From Lachnospiraceae bacterium (lineage in GTDB: Bacteria; Bacillota; Clostridia; Lachnospirales; Lachnospiraceae), in NCBI GenBank assembly GCA_017634455.1, contig JAGBNK010000017.1, positions 59,625 through 123,624 of the forward strand: DNA of 64,000 nucleotides, read 5' to 3'. Made by a program: the position numbers and the translations under genes. The notes under the pieces were generated by a model. That model was not told the origin of the DNA. It did not search any database and was given only the letters and a program-made list of their open reading frames with translations. Of this stretch, positions 40,534 through 48,111 are shown piece by piece. Within the stretch, counting starts at the first letter, position 1; the number at the start of each line of letters is the position of its first letter.

Positions 40534-41883
40534 ATGATACAGACATTAAACAAGAATTTCCAAAAATCAACTTTATTATACAGTTTCATAGGCCTGGCGT
40601 GGCCTACAGTATTGGAAGAGCTCCTCGGCACCATACTTCAATATGTAGACACTGCCATGGTAGGTCATCTCGGTCCGCGTGCCACAGCTACTGTGTCTCT
40701 CAGCTCTACCTATACATGGTTGCTGGGTTCAGTAATGTATGCCTTCGGCATTGGCTTCCTGTCATATATTGCCAGGGCAATCGGTGAAAAAGATCAGCAG
40801 AAAATTGAAGCTGCAGCAAATCAAGCTGCCATTACAGCAATTATTGTGGGCGCTGTATTAACACTAATCACCATAGCATTCGCGCCTTTTATGCCAATAG
40901 TTATGGGTGCAGAAGAATCCATCAGACATGATGCTTCACTATATTTCACTTTAATTAATCTACCTTTGATATTGCGCGCATGCCTGACAATCTTTGGTTC
41001 AGTTATCCGCGCCACTGGCGATTCCAAGACACCGATGAAAATCAACCTGTCCATAAATGTCATGAACATTGTACTCAATTATTTATTCATTTATGCTTTG
41101 AAATTTGGAGCTATTGGTGCTGGTTATGCTACATGTATATCTTATTCAATTGGCGGATTGATAATGTGCATTGCATTCATTCGAAACAAGACCTTGAACT
41201 TCCATTTGAACACCTTGAGATTTAACAAGACTATAATGGGCAGTTGTCTGAGAATCTCCCTACCAGTTGTTCTCACCCAGATAGTATCCTGTATGGGATA
41301 TGTGGTTGCCACCAGCTTCGTATCGTCCATGAATACGACAATATACGCAGCACATTCAATTGCTATTACAGCTGAGCAATTGTTCTATATACCAGGCTAC
41401 GGCATGCAGGCAGCCACATCCACTCTGATTGGGAACGCCCTAGGGGAAACAGATATGACTAAGGTAAAGAAGGTCATGAAAATATCCCTCACATCCGTCA
41501 TAACTCTAATGTGTGTTTCAGGATTGCTGTTATTCATTTTTGCTGAATTTATGATGGGGATATTTACTACAGATACTACTGTAATATCTACAGGTACCAG
41601 ACTATTACGCATAGTAGCATTTACAGAACCAATTTTCGGAAGCGCCGCTGTAATGGATGGTATATATGCCGGGCTAGGCAAAACAAAACCACCACTTTAT
41701 ATCGAGCTAATAACCCGTTGGGGAATCAGAATTCTAGGTTCATTTATCTGTGTCAGAATTCTGAGCTTAGGAATTAATCAGATCTGGTACTGCATGATCG
41801 CAGACAATATCAGCAAATCAATTCTGTTAGCGATTGGATTGGTTATTGTAATAGACAGGTTAAAGAAAAAGGCAGAGTTTTAA
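40534..41883 (+). CDS. MATE-family efflux transporter
   Basis: 449 aa with 12 hydrophobic segments. The N-terminus PTVLEELLGTILQYVDTAMVGHLG is typical of MatE repeats. Confidence 0.88.
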   Translation: MIQTLNKNFQKSTLLYSFIGLAWPTVLEELLGTILQYVDTAMVGHLGPRATATVSLSSTYTWLLGSVMYAFGIGFLSYIARAIGEKDQQKIEAAANQAAITAIIVGAVLTLITIAFAPFMPIVMGAEESIRHDASLYFTLINLPLILRACLTIFGSVIRATGDSKTPMKINLSINVMNIVLNYLFIYALKFGAIGAGYATCISYSIGGLIMCIAFIRNKTLNFHLNTLRFNKTIMGSCLRISLPVVLTQIVSCMGYVVATSFVSSMNTTIYAAHSIAITAEQLFYIPGYGMQAATSTLIGNALGETDMTKVKKVMKISLTSVITLMCVSGLLLFIFAEFMMGIFTTDTTVISTGTRLLRIVAFTEPIFGSAAVMDGIYAGLGKTKPPLYIELITRWGIRILGSFICVRILSLGINQIWYCMIADNISKSILLAIGLVIVIDRLKKKAEF

Positions 41884-41899
41884 CTCTGCCTCTTCTTCT
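41871..41899. terminator. Bidirectional terminator at the low-coordinate edge of the island
   Basis: GGCAGAG (41871-41877) pairs with CTCTGCC (41884-41890), enclosing the MATE stop codon. It has a T-rich tail on the plus strand and a U-tract on the minus strand (A-run 41866-41870). Confidence 0.7.
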
Positions 41900-41934
41900 A
41901 CATACGTAAAACGATCTTAACTATTATATCAGCT

Positions 41935-42357
41935 TTAATATTTTAAGGATTTCCATGCATCAACCAAGCCATCAGTATCACCTTCATCACGGCTTAATAT
42001 AAAACTAATTTTTTTGCAGGGCAGGCTAAGCATAATCTTAACATCCTTCACGAATATACTATAATCATGCATTGACAATTCATCCCCATTATTATGTTCA
42101 TAACGCCTCTCTTTATTATCTTTTACAATAATTACAAATCTTTCATCACGCACAATTTTCACTTTCTGATTAAAAAAAGATAGATAAGGGCAAATTGCTA
42201 GTAACAAAAACATAATAACAAAGGATATAAATGAATTAATTCCGTAGGATGCTCCTGTAATATTAGTTAAGTAATCTAAAATCAAAAAAGCAAAAAAACC
42301 ACTTGCAACTGATAACACTTGCTTTAACATAATTCTTTGACATTTAAACTCAATCAT
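41935..42357 (-). CDS. Hypothetical membrane protein: two TM helices plus a soluble C-terminal domain of about 80 aa
   Basis: GGAGGAAA RBS before the ATG. Hydrophobic segments are VLSVASGFFAFLILDYL and FISFVIMFLLLAICPYLSFF. No recognised motif. Confidence 0.5.
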   Translation of the reverse strand: MIEFKCQRIMLKQVLSVASGFFAFLILDYLTNITGASYGINSFISFVIMFLLLAICPYLSFFNQKVKIVRDERFVIIVKDNKERRYEHNNGDELSMHDYSIFVKDVKIMLSLPCKKISFILSRDEGDTDGLVDAWKSLKY

Positions 42358-42374
42358 AGAGTTCTTTCCTCCAA

Positions 42375-42962
42375 TTAGTCCACAACATGATACACGCCTT
42401 CCCCTTCCTGGAATGCATACATATTATATCCATCCATTGGATTGTCTAATTCAGCTCCGTAACTATCCGGCAATAAGCTATGGTCAAATATCACCTCATC
42501 TTCATCTATAAACTCTAAATGAACATAATAAATTGTTCTATTCGCCTCATCTACCAACGCATATTCATATCCACAGTCCCATTTATTAATAGTTTCATAT
42601 GCATTAAACTTATAATCAGTAGTATTATTGTTTATTGTATGAATGTCGGACTTATATGTAACGGAAATATTAGTCAAACGACTAACCTCATCGTGGAATT
42701 TATCCACATCATATTTACATACAAGATAAATCTGATAATCATCATCAAAGACTCCACTTCTTTCCCAATAATAATAATCAAGTACTTCTCCTTCATTCAC
42801 TTTATCTGGAAAAATCAGCAAATTACCGTTTCCACTGAATTCTGATTTATCCATATACTTACTAACATCAGTATTTGCTCTAGGATGGATTGTAAAATAT
42901 CCTCCAGCAACAACTATCGCCAAAATAATTAATACTATTCCCAAAAATATTTTCTTCTTCAT
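42375..42962 (-). CDS. Hypothetical N-terminally anchored extracytoplasmic protein
   Basis: I prefer the start MKKKIFLGIVLIILAIVVAGG at 42962, which has GGGGGG 8 nt upstream; the track ORF begins at 42995. No recognised domain. Confidence 0.5.
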   Translation of the reverse strand: MKKKIFLGIVLIILAIVVAGGYFTIHPRANTDVSKYMDKSEFSGNGNLLIFPDKVNEGEVLDYYYWERSGVFDDDYQIYLVCKYDVDKFHDEVSRLTNISVTYKSDIHTINNNTTDYKFNAYETINKWDCGYEYALVDEANRTIYYVHLEFIDEDEVIFDHSLLPDSYGAELDNPMDGYNMYAFQEGEGVYHVVD

Positions 42963-42994
42963 AAGCTTATCCCCCCAATTACATACAATGCACA

Positions 42995-43663
42995 TTAAAG
43001 GTTCAATTTCTCAATCACAGACTCATCCAGCTCATTTGATAAATCTCCATAATACCAATTGCCATTCTCCTTTAACATAATGGCATATAAAACCATAGGC
43101 ATTTCTGTAGAATACAGTGAGCCAGCTGCATAAGCATTTGATGAATTAGAGCCATTAGCATAATTACCACTATTTTTTGCACATACATATATAATTGAGT
43201 CTGCATCTCTTATTTCTTCATCAGAATATTTAACATCTGGATATATATCATTTAAACTCACCAAAATCTCCTTGCTTATATCCACATGCTTATCCATACT
43301 TCTGCCTAGCATATTGGGTTTAATCATCTCAAAAGAATCTTTTTTATTCAGCATATTCTGCCTATACTCCTGCGATTCAAACAGAGATGAATCCGCATAT
43401 AATTGATTATTCTCATTGCATCGATATAAAACCTGCCCATCTGATGTACTATAAATCCGATACTTTCCTTCTTGTTCATATTGTTCAACATCAAATGATT
43501 CAAAATCCATAACATTGTCTGATGCAATAAACAACTTTCCATCATATACAACTGGCGAGTAAATCTCACCGCGAAGTCCTGATACACCATCCGATGTAGC
43601 CTTTGACGCACATCCTGTCAAAACTATACTACACAGCAGCATTGCTACTACACATTTAAACAT
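42995..43663 (-). CDS. Hypothetical lipoprotein
   Basis: The start at 43663 gives MFKCVVAMLLCSIVLTGCASK, a classical lipobox (LTGC). Its ATG overlaps the stop of the upstream gene (ATGTTTAA). Confidence 0.6.
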   Translation of the reverse strand: MFKCVVAMLLCSIVLTGCASKATSDGVSGLRGEIYSPVVYDGKLFIASDNVMDFESFDVEQYEQEGKYRIYSTSDGQVLYRCNENNQLYADSSLFESQEYRQNMLNKKDSFEMIKPNMLGRSMDKHVDISKEILVSLNDIYPDVKYSDEEIRDADSIIYVCAKNSGNYANGSNSSNAYAAGSLYSTEMPMVLYAIMLKENGNWYYGDLSNELDESVIEKLNL

Positions 43664-44045
43664 TCCATGCCAATTTATACGCTTCAACTCTATACCATTC
43701 ATCTTTATTATCCCCCAAAGAAATTCCATCTAAACCTTTTGATGCAATATATGCGGCCGCAGTAGCAACCATAGGATTGACTGTAGCTAACGCCGGCACA
43801 GCAGCCGCTCCATAATATCCATACACAGCATGTGCATGAATTTCTTGCGCTACTTCAGTCCGTGTCATATTCAAGCAATATCCATCTTGCTTAAGGTATT
43901 TCGCTTTTGCTAAACAAACATCTTTATTTAAATAATCTCTTCTTGTCTGTAACGTGATAGCTCTCCCTCCTTCAATTTCCTCCATTTTGTCTAGTACTTC
44001 ATACCCTACAGGCAATAAAATACTCTCCTCTCTTGTCTTCTTCAT
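43656..44045 (-). CDS. Candidate double-glycine-leader secreted protein B (129 aa precursor, about 102 aa mature)
   Basis: AAAGGAGG RBS. The N-terminus MKKTREESILLPVGYEVLDKMEEIEGG/RAIT... has M at -7, I at -4 and GG at -2/-1. The mature part is Ala/Gly-rich with 2 Cys. Confidence 0.5.
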   Translation of the reverse strand: MKKTREESILLPVGYEVLDKMEEIEGGRAITLQTRRDYLNKDVCLAKAKYLKQDGYCLNMTRTEVAQEIHAHAVYGYYGAAAVPALATVNPMVATAAAYIASKGLDGISLGDNKDEWYRVEAYKLAWNV

Positions 44046-44077
44046 TGTAAAAATCCTCCTTTAAAATAAATATATAT

Positions 44078-44096
44078 ATGTAAATTAGTATTACAT
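44078..44096. promoter_or_regulatory. Dyad ATGTAA-N7-TTACAT upstream of precursor B
   Basis: 6-bp perfect inverted repeat in the 74-bp gap between the Big_2 gene and precursor B. Confidence 0.35.
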
Positions 44097-44119
44097 ATCC
44101 ATTTTGTAAACACTCCCAG

Positions 44120-45304
44120 CTACCAAAACCAATATCTTTTAGCAGAAAAAATATATATCGACAAAACTACCGCGCCTAACCCTGCTGAGCCTATAAGTAT
44201 ATATTTTAGATTTACAGTTTTTGCACCCAATTTTTTATCTGTAATAATATACTTTCCCTCTCGAGTTATCGTCAGACAAGCAATATCATCAGTATCCAGC
44301 AATTCATATTTATCTTTTTCATCATTAAAAAGATATAATTTACCACCATTTAAATCGTCTAATTCAAGTTTTATCTCACCACACAATTTTTGACCTTTGT
44401 TAATTTCAAATTCCAAGCCATCATCTGTCTTAACCATATTTATATTCGTATAAAATATATTTTTAAAATTCTTTATCTTCTTACCATCAATTATAATTGA
44501 ATATCCTTCTCCCACTATCTTTACTGACTTTCCACTCTTGTTGAGTTTATACAGGAATTCAGCATCTAAACATTCAACTGTAGAAGCATATACTACATCC
44601 GGACAATCAAAAATCTCACCAACTTCAACCGACCCTATATTTACAGGATCTCTATAACGATAATTATCCGCTGTATCTTCATTTACAATTACATTTATAG
44701 AATTAGACATCTGTCCATTTGAAACAATAATTGTAGTTGCACCAGAATTATTAGCAATTACATTCCCCTCAACATCAACGTCTGCTACAGAGGCATCCAT
44801 CGTCTTATATGATAATAATTGTTCTGCATCTTCCGGAGAAACTGATGCTTCAATTCTATATCTTTCTCCCGGCTTTAATACAACATAATTGTTTAATACA
44901 TTAATAGCTTTCGTTTTTACCTTCACATTAATATCAACCTGCTTTATTACATTATCAGCAGCGATTGTAATAGTAGCACTTCCCTTTGATATAGCTTTTA
45001 TTTCACCATCCGAGTTAACAGTAACAATGTTTTCATTAGATGATTCATAACGGACATTGCTTTTATCAGCTGACTCTGGAACAATTTTCACTCTCAAATC
45101 ACCCGTTGCTCCAACATATAATTCATCATCATATTCTAATATCTCTATATCTGTAATCTGCGATGATATCTCAGCCTCTTTTTCATCCTCGTAATCTTCC
45201 CTTATCTCTTCCGCTTGGCATAAGTTCTCTGATATGCCAAATACTATAACAATACTGATAATGCAAACAATTGTTTTCAGATTTCTATAAAAATATCTTC
45301 TCAT
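44120..45304 (-). CDS. Surface protein with two Big_2 (bacterial Ig-like) domains and a C-terminal TM anchor
   Basis: Signal peptide, then two segments of about 75 aa with the Big_2 pattern (VTVNSDGEIKAISKGSATITI and ADVDVEGNVIANNSGATTIIV). C-terminal helix LIGSAGLGAVVLSIYIF. Confidence 0.7.
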   Translation of the reverse strand: MRRYFYRNLKTIVCIISIVIVFGISENLCQAEEIREDYEDEKEAEISSQITDIEILEYDDELYVGATGDLRVKIVPESADKSNVRYESSNENIVTVNSDGEIKAISKGSATITIAADNVIKQVDINVKVKTKAINVLNNYVVLKPGERYRIEASVSPEDAEQLLSYKTMDASVADVDVEGNVIANNSGATTIIVSNGQMSNSINVIVNEDTADNYRYRDPVNIGSVEVGEIFDCPDVVYASTVECLDAEFLYKLNKSGKSVKIVGEGYSIIIDGKKIKNFKNIFYTNINMVKTDDGLEFEINKGQKLCGEIKLELDDLNGGKLYLFNDEKDKYELLDTDDIACLTITREGKYIITDKKLGAKTVNLKYILIGSAGLGAVVLSIYIFSAKRYWFW

Positions 45305-45311
45305 CTTTTTA

Positions 45312-46439
45312 TTATCTAATCTTCACTCCAAGCTTTTCTAATACATAATTAAAGTATGTCACCTTGTCGTATTGAATATTTGCTTTTGCAGTCATGCCGT
45401 TTACAATATCTACCTTATCGCCTTTTTTACTCAGCAAATAATCCTGCGGCAATGATATCTTAATCTTAAAGACCTGATTTTTGCTTCCATCAGAACCTTC
45501 CTGGACTGTGACATCACTATCAATGCTCAATATTTTTCCAGCTATGGTACCATACACATTTTGCGCCAAACCATCTACAACAATTTGCGCAGAATCATCC
45601 ACATGCATCCTTGCCATATCTGCTGTTGAGACATATGCTTCTACAATTTTAGATGTGTTTTCTGGTGTGATTGTTGCCACAGCAGTTGTTGTCTGAACCA
45701 CCACTCCATTTTTGAATTCACCTAATAAATGTAATGTACCTGAAGTTGTTGCCGTAACCCTACTTGCATTTTGACCATTAGCAACCGCAAGAAGCTGAGC
45801 ATCAATAGCAGATATCTGTGCCTTCAGCTCCTCTATTTTTACTTCTGCATTTTGTATTGAAGAGTAATATATGTCACTTATTTTATTCTGATTAATATCA
45901 AGTTGTGTCTGTATCTGTTCCTCACTATATCCATATGCTTGATATGTTGATACATCTAGCTGGCTCTGACCTATCTGTGATTTATACGCTTCATACATGC
46001 TCCAATATAAACCTTCTTCTGAATCCGACTCATCAAAATAATTATAATCATCCTTTATAGACTTAATAAGTTTCTGATATTGTCTGATTGACTCTTCATA
46101 TGACTTTTTATTCTCTTCCAGTTGTACTTTTTGCAAATCATACTCAGTAGACTTAATTGTAAAAAGCACATCGCCTTCTTTTACCAATTGTCCTTCGGTC
46201 ATATTACAATCAGTAATCTCCCCTGTATTAGAACACATTACATAAGAACCACTATCATTTGTAATTGTTCCGTGCGCCTGAATAATATATTTCTTAGGTG
46301 TCTTTATACTCCAAATAATCACAAATGCTATTACAACTGATACTAGCAGAATAAAAAAATAGCCAAATGCAGGTGGTTCCTTTTCAAACAGCAATCTTGA
46401 ATCCCTTAATTCATTTATACTTTTTATGTCCCGACTCAT
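45312..46439 (-). CDS. HlyD-family secretion accessory protein (LcnD/ComB/CvaA-like)
   Basis: N-terminal TM helix, lipoyl-like beta segment (GEITDCNMTEGQLVKEGDVLFTI), long coiled coil and C-terminal beta barrel. Confidence 0.8.
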   Translation of the reverse strand: MSRDIKSINELRDSRLLFEKEPPAFGYFFILLVSVVIAFVIIWSIKTPKKYIIQAHGTITNDSGSYVMCSNTGEITDCNMTEGQLVKEGDVLFTIKSTEYDLQKVQLEENKKSYEESIRQYQKLIKSIKDDYNYFDESDSEEGLYWSMYEAYKSQIGQSQLDVSTYQAYGYSEEQIQTQLDINQNKISDIYYSSIQNAEVKIEELKAQISAIDAQLLAVANGQNASRVTATTSGTLHLLGEFKNGVVVQTTTAVATITPENTSKIVEAYVSTADMARMHVDDSAQIVVDGLAQNVYGTIAGKILSIDSDVTVQEGSDGSKNQVFKIKISLPQDYLLSKKGDKVDIVNGMTAKANIQYDKVTYFNYVLEKLGVKIR

Positions 46440-46486
46440 GTTACTTTAACTTCCTTATCTTCCTACTCATGACACATCTCCTATTA

Positions 46487-46509
46487 GGCGAGACATTAAC
46501 TGTCTCGCC
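46487..46509 (-). other. Intercistronic stem-loop without a U-tract
   Basis: GGCGAGACA (46487-46495) pairs with TGTCTCGCC (46501-46509) around a 5-nt loop. It lies between the precursor A / 2-TM gene pair and the hlyD-like gene. Confidence 0.45.
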
Positions 46510-46548
46510 CTCATTTCCATTCTTTATTAGGCTAATCAAACCACTCCT

Positions 46549-47031
46549 CTACTTTTCATTAGAATAAGTTAAGCATTTTAATGCAGAATAAAGATTTGAT
46601 ATCTCCGTTTTCTCCCAATCTAATCCATCAGAATAAGCTTGTAACTTGACAATTGAATTATTATATTCAAAGACTATCAAATATCCAATCACGTCTAGCC
46701 ATTTACCACCATATCGTCTTTCTTCGTAGCGAAGATTTGCAATATTACTTAAATAATAAACCTTCTTTTCATTGACAGCATTTAGTTCAAAAACTTCATC
46801 TGAAACACTATAATTCCATGTTTTTATGCGTTTAAAGCACTTACTTTTCTCAACCACTCCATATAATACAAACGCTAACAACCAAATTAAACTTATAAGC
46901 AACTGATTACTTACATATCTTATAATTATTAACGAACATATATACGCTAGAAACATGAATAAAATAAATAAAATTAATCTTATCATCCGCCATTGAAAAA
47001 AATTAGCTAGTTTAATAGTCCCTGATGTCAT
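46549..47031 (-). CDS. Hypothetical membrane protein (two TM helices plus a soluble domain); candidate immunity or accessory protein
   Basis: Start overlaps the precursor A stop (ATGA at 47031-47028). Hydrophobic segments are IRLILFILFMFLAYICSLIII and LLISLIWLLAFVLYGVV. Confidence 0.5.
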   Translation of the reverse strand: MTSGTIKLANFFQWRMIRLILFILFMFLAYICSLIIIRYVSNQLLISLIWLLAFVLYGVVEKSKCFKRIKTWNYSVSDEVFELNAVNEKKVYYLSNIANLRYEERRYGGKWLDVIGYLIVFEYNNSIVKLQAYSDGLDWEKTEISNLYSALKCLTYSNEK

Positions 47032-47432
47032 ATTGTCACATACCCATCAAGTTTTTTGTCCCAAGCATCCCACGTTGTTGCAATCATTCCTCCGAGAGAA
47101 GTCATTCCTAAAACCGTCCCAACTATTCCAATTTTACTTGGAATGTATTGACCCAACGCCGTCTGAAGAACCTTATTCTGTAATACAGCTCCAATTACTT
47201 TTGAACCAACCTTCGCTGTAATACCACTACATAATTTTGCTAAACCTTTTCCCATTAGCCATCCTATTGCACTAACATTCCATACACCAAGTGCAGATAA
47301 TCCCACATCAATAGCTGTACCAACAATCCATGTAGAAACCTGCAAGCCACCTTCTGTATAGCTCATTTCATCCTCATCCATAACCATATAAGATGATGGC
47401 ATCACTAATGCTCCTTCATAACATAGTTCCAT
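47028..47432 (-). CDS. Candidate double-glycine-leader bacteriocin-like precursor A (134 aa, about 105 aa mature)
   Basis: AGGAGG 7 nt before the ATG at 47432. The leader is MELCYEGALVMPSSYMVMDEDEMSYTEGG, with M at -12, E at -8, M at -7 and GG. The mature part is Gly-rich, hydrophobic and amphipathic. Confidence 0.6.
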   Translation of the reverse strand: MELCYEGALVMPSSYMVMDEDEMSYTEGGLQVSTWIVGTAIDVGLSALGVWNVSAIGWLMGKGLAKLCSGITAKVGSKVIGAVLQNKVLQTALGQYIPSKIGIVGTVLGMTSLGGMIATTWDAWDKKLDGYVTI

Positions 47433-47509
47433 TTTGTTACCTCCTTTTTTCTTGTATTTGGGGTTACTTGTCATATCTATTTGCAACTAGACATAACATA
47501 TATCAGCAT

Positions 47510-47545
47510 ATGTTTATCAAATTATTGGCGCCATATGATAAACAT
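47510..47545. promoter_or_regulatory. 10-bp perfect inverted repeat upstream of precursor A
   Basis: ATGTTTATCA (47510-47519) and TGATAAACAT (47536-47545) are separated by 16 nt containing GGCGCC. On the minus strand the distal arm supplies a TTGATA -35-like hexamer. Confidence 0.4.
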
Positions 47546-47583
47546 CTGATGATATTCATTGCTGTTAAAGAAATCAATCTAAA

Positions 47584-48060
47584 TCACTCCTTGATTGGCA
47601 TAAATATATCTGCAATCATTGTTTCTTCATCTTCATTTCTATCCACATAAACAGTGTAATTGCATCCATCAAGTTCAATTTCATTTTCAAATGCATAAAC
47701 ACCCAATTTATCATATGCAAACTTCAATTTATCTTCCGGGCCCATATATCTGGCATATAAACAATTAGTTACGCGCATGAGAGATTCCATCTTATACGGT
47801 TCATACACGTCATGAATGTAATTATCACTTTGAAGCATAAACTGCATATTTATATCAATTTCATTATTCTCATCTAATTCCATCTTGGTATACTGTATAA
47901 GCGGGCCAATTTGTCTTGCGCCATGAGTCTGGATATATGTATTCATCTTCGTGACCTCTGTATCTAAATTTCCGCTCTCTTCTAATTGCAAATCCACTCT
48001 ATAAGATAATACATTCTGTAATTTTAAAGTTTTGTTCTCTGAAACTATTATTTGATTCAT
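47584..48060 (-). CDS. GyrI-like (SbmC / AraC-effector-binding fold) small protein, tentative
   Basis: About 158 aa from MNQIIVSE. It has a two-repeat beta-alpha-beta-beta-like pattern ending ...TVYVDRNEDEETMIADIFMPIKE, typical of GyrI-like domains. The start is uncertain (48060 or 48108). Confidence 0.45.
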   Translation of the reverse strand: MNQIIVSENKTLKLQNVLSYRVDLQLEESGNLDTEVTKMNTYIQTHGARQIGPLIQYTKMELDENNEIDINMQFMLQSDNYIHDVYEPYKMESLMRVTNCLYARYMGPEDKLKFAYDKLGVYAFENEIELDGCNYTVYVDRNEDEETMIADIFMPIKE

Positions 48061-48111
48061 ATATCTACAGCAAATCCTCCTATTATTTAAGATGTATATC
48101 AAGCACATTCA

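Noticed and set aside
47433-47486. Upstream extension of precursor A (MQIDMTSNPKYKKKGGNK...), containing another GG
   Set aside because: The KKGG codons are actually the AGGAGG ribosome-binding site for ATG 47432, and the extension starts at a TTG with no RBS of its own.
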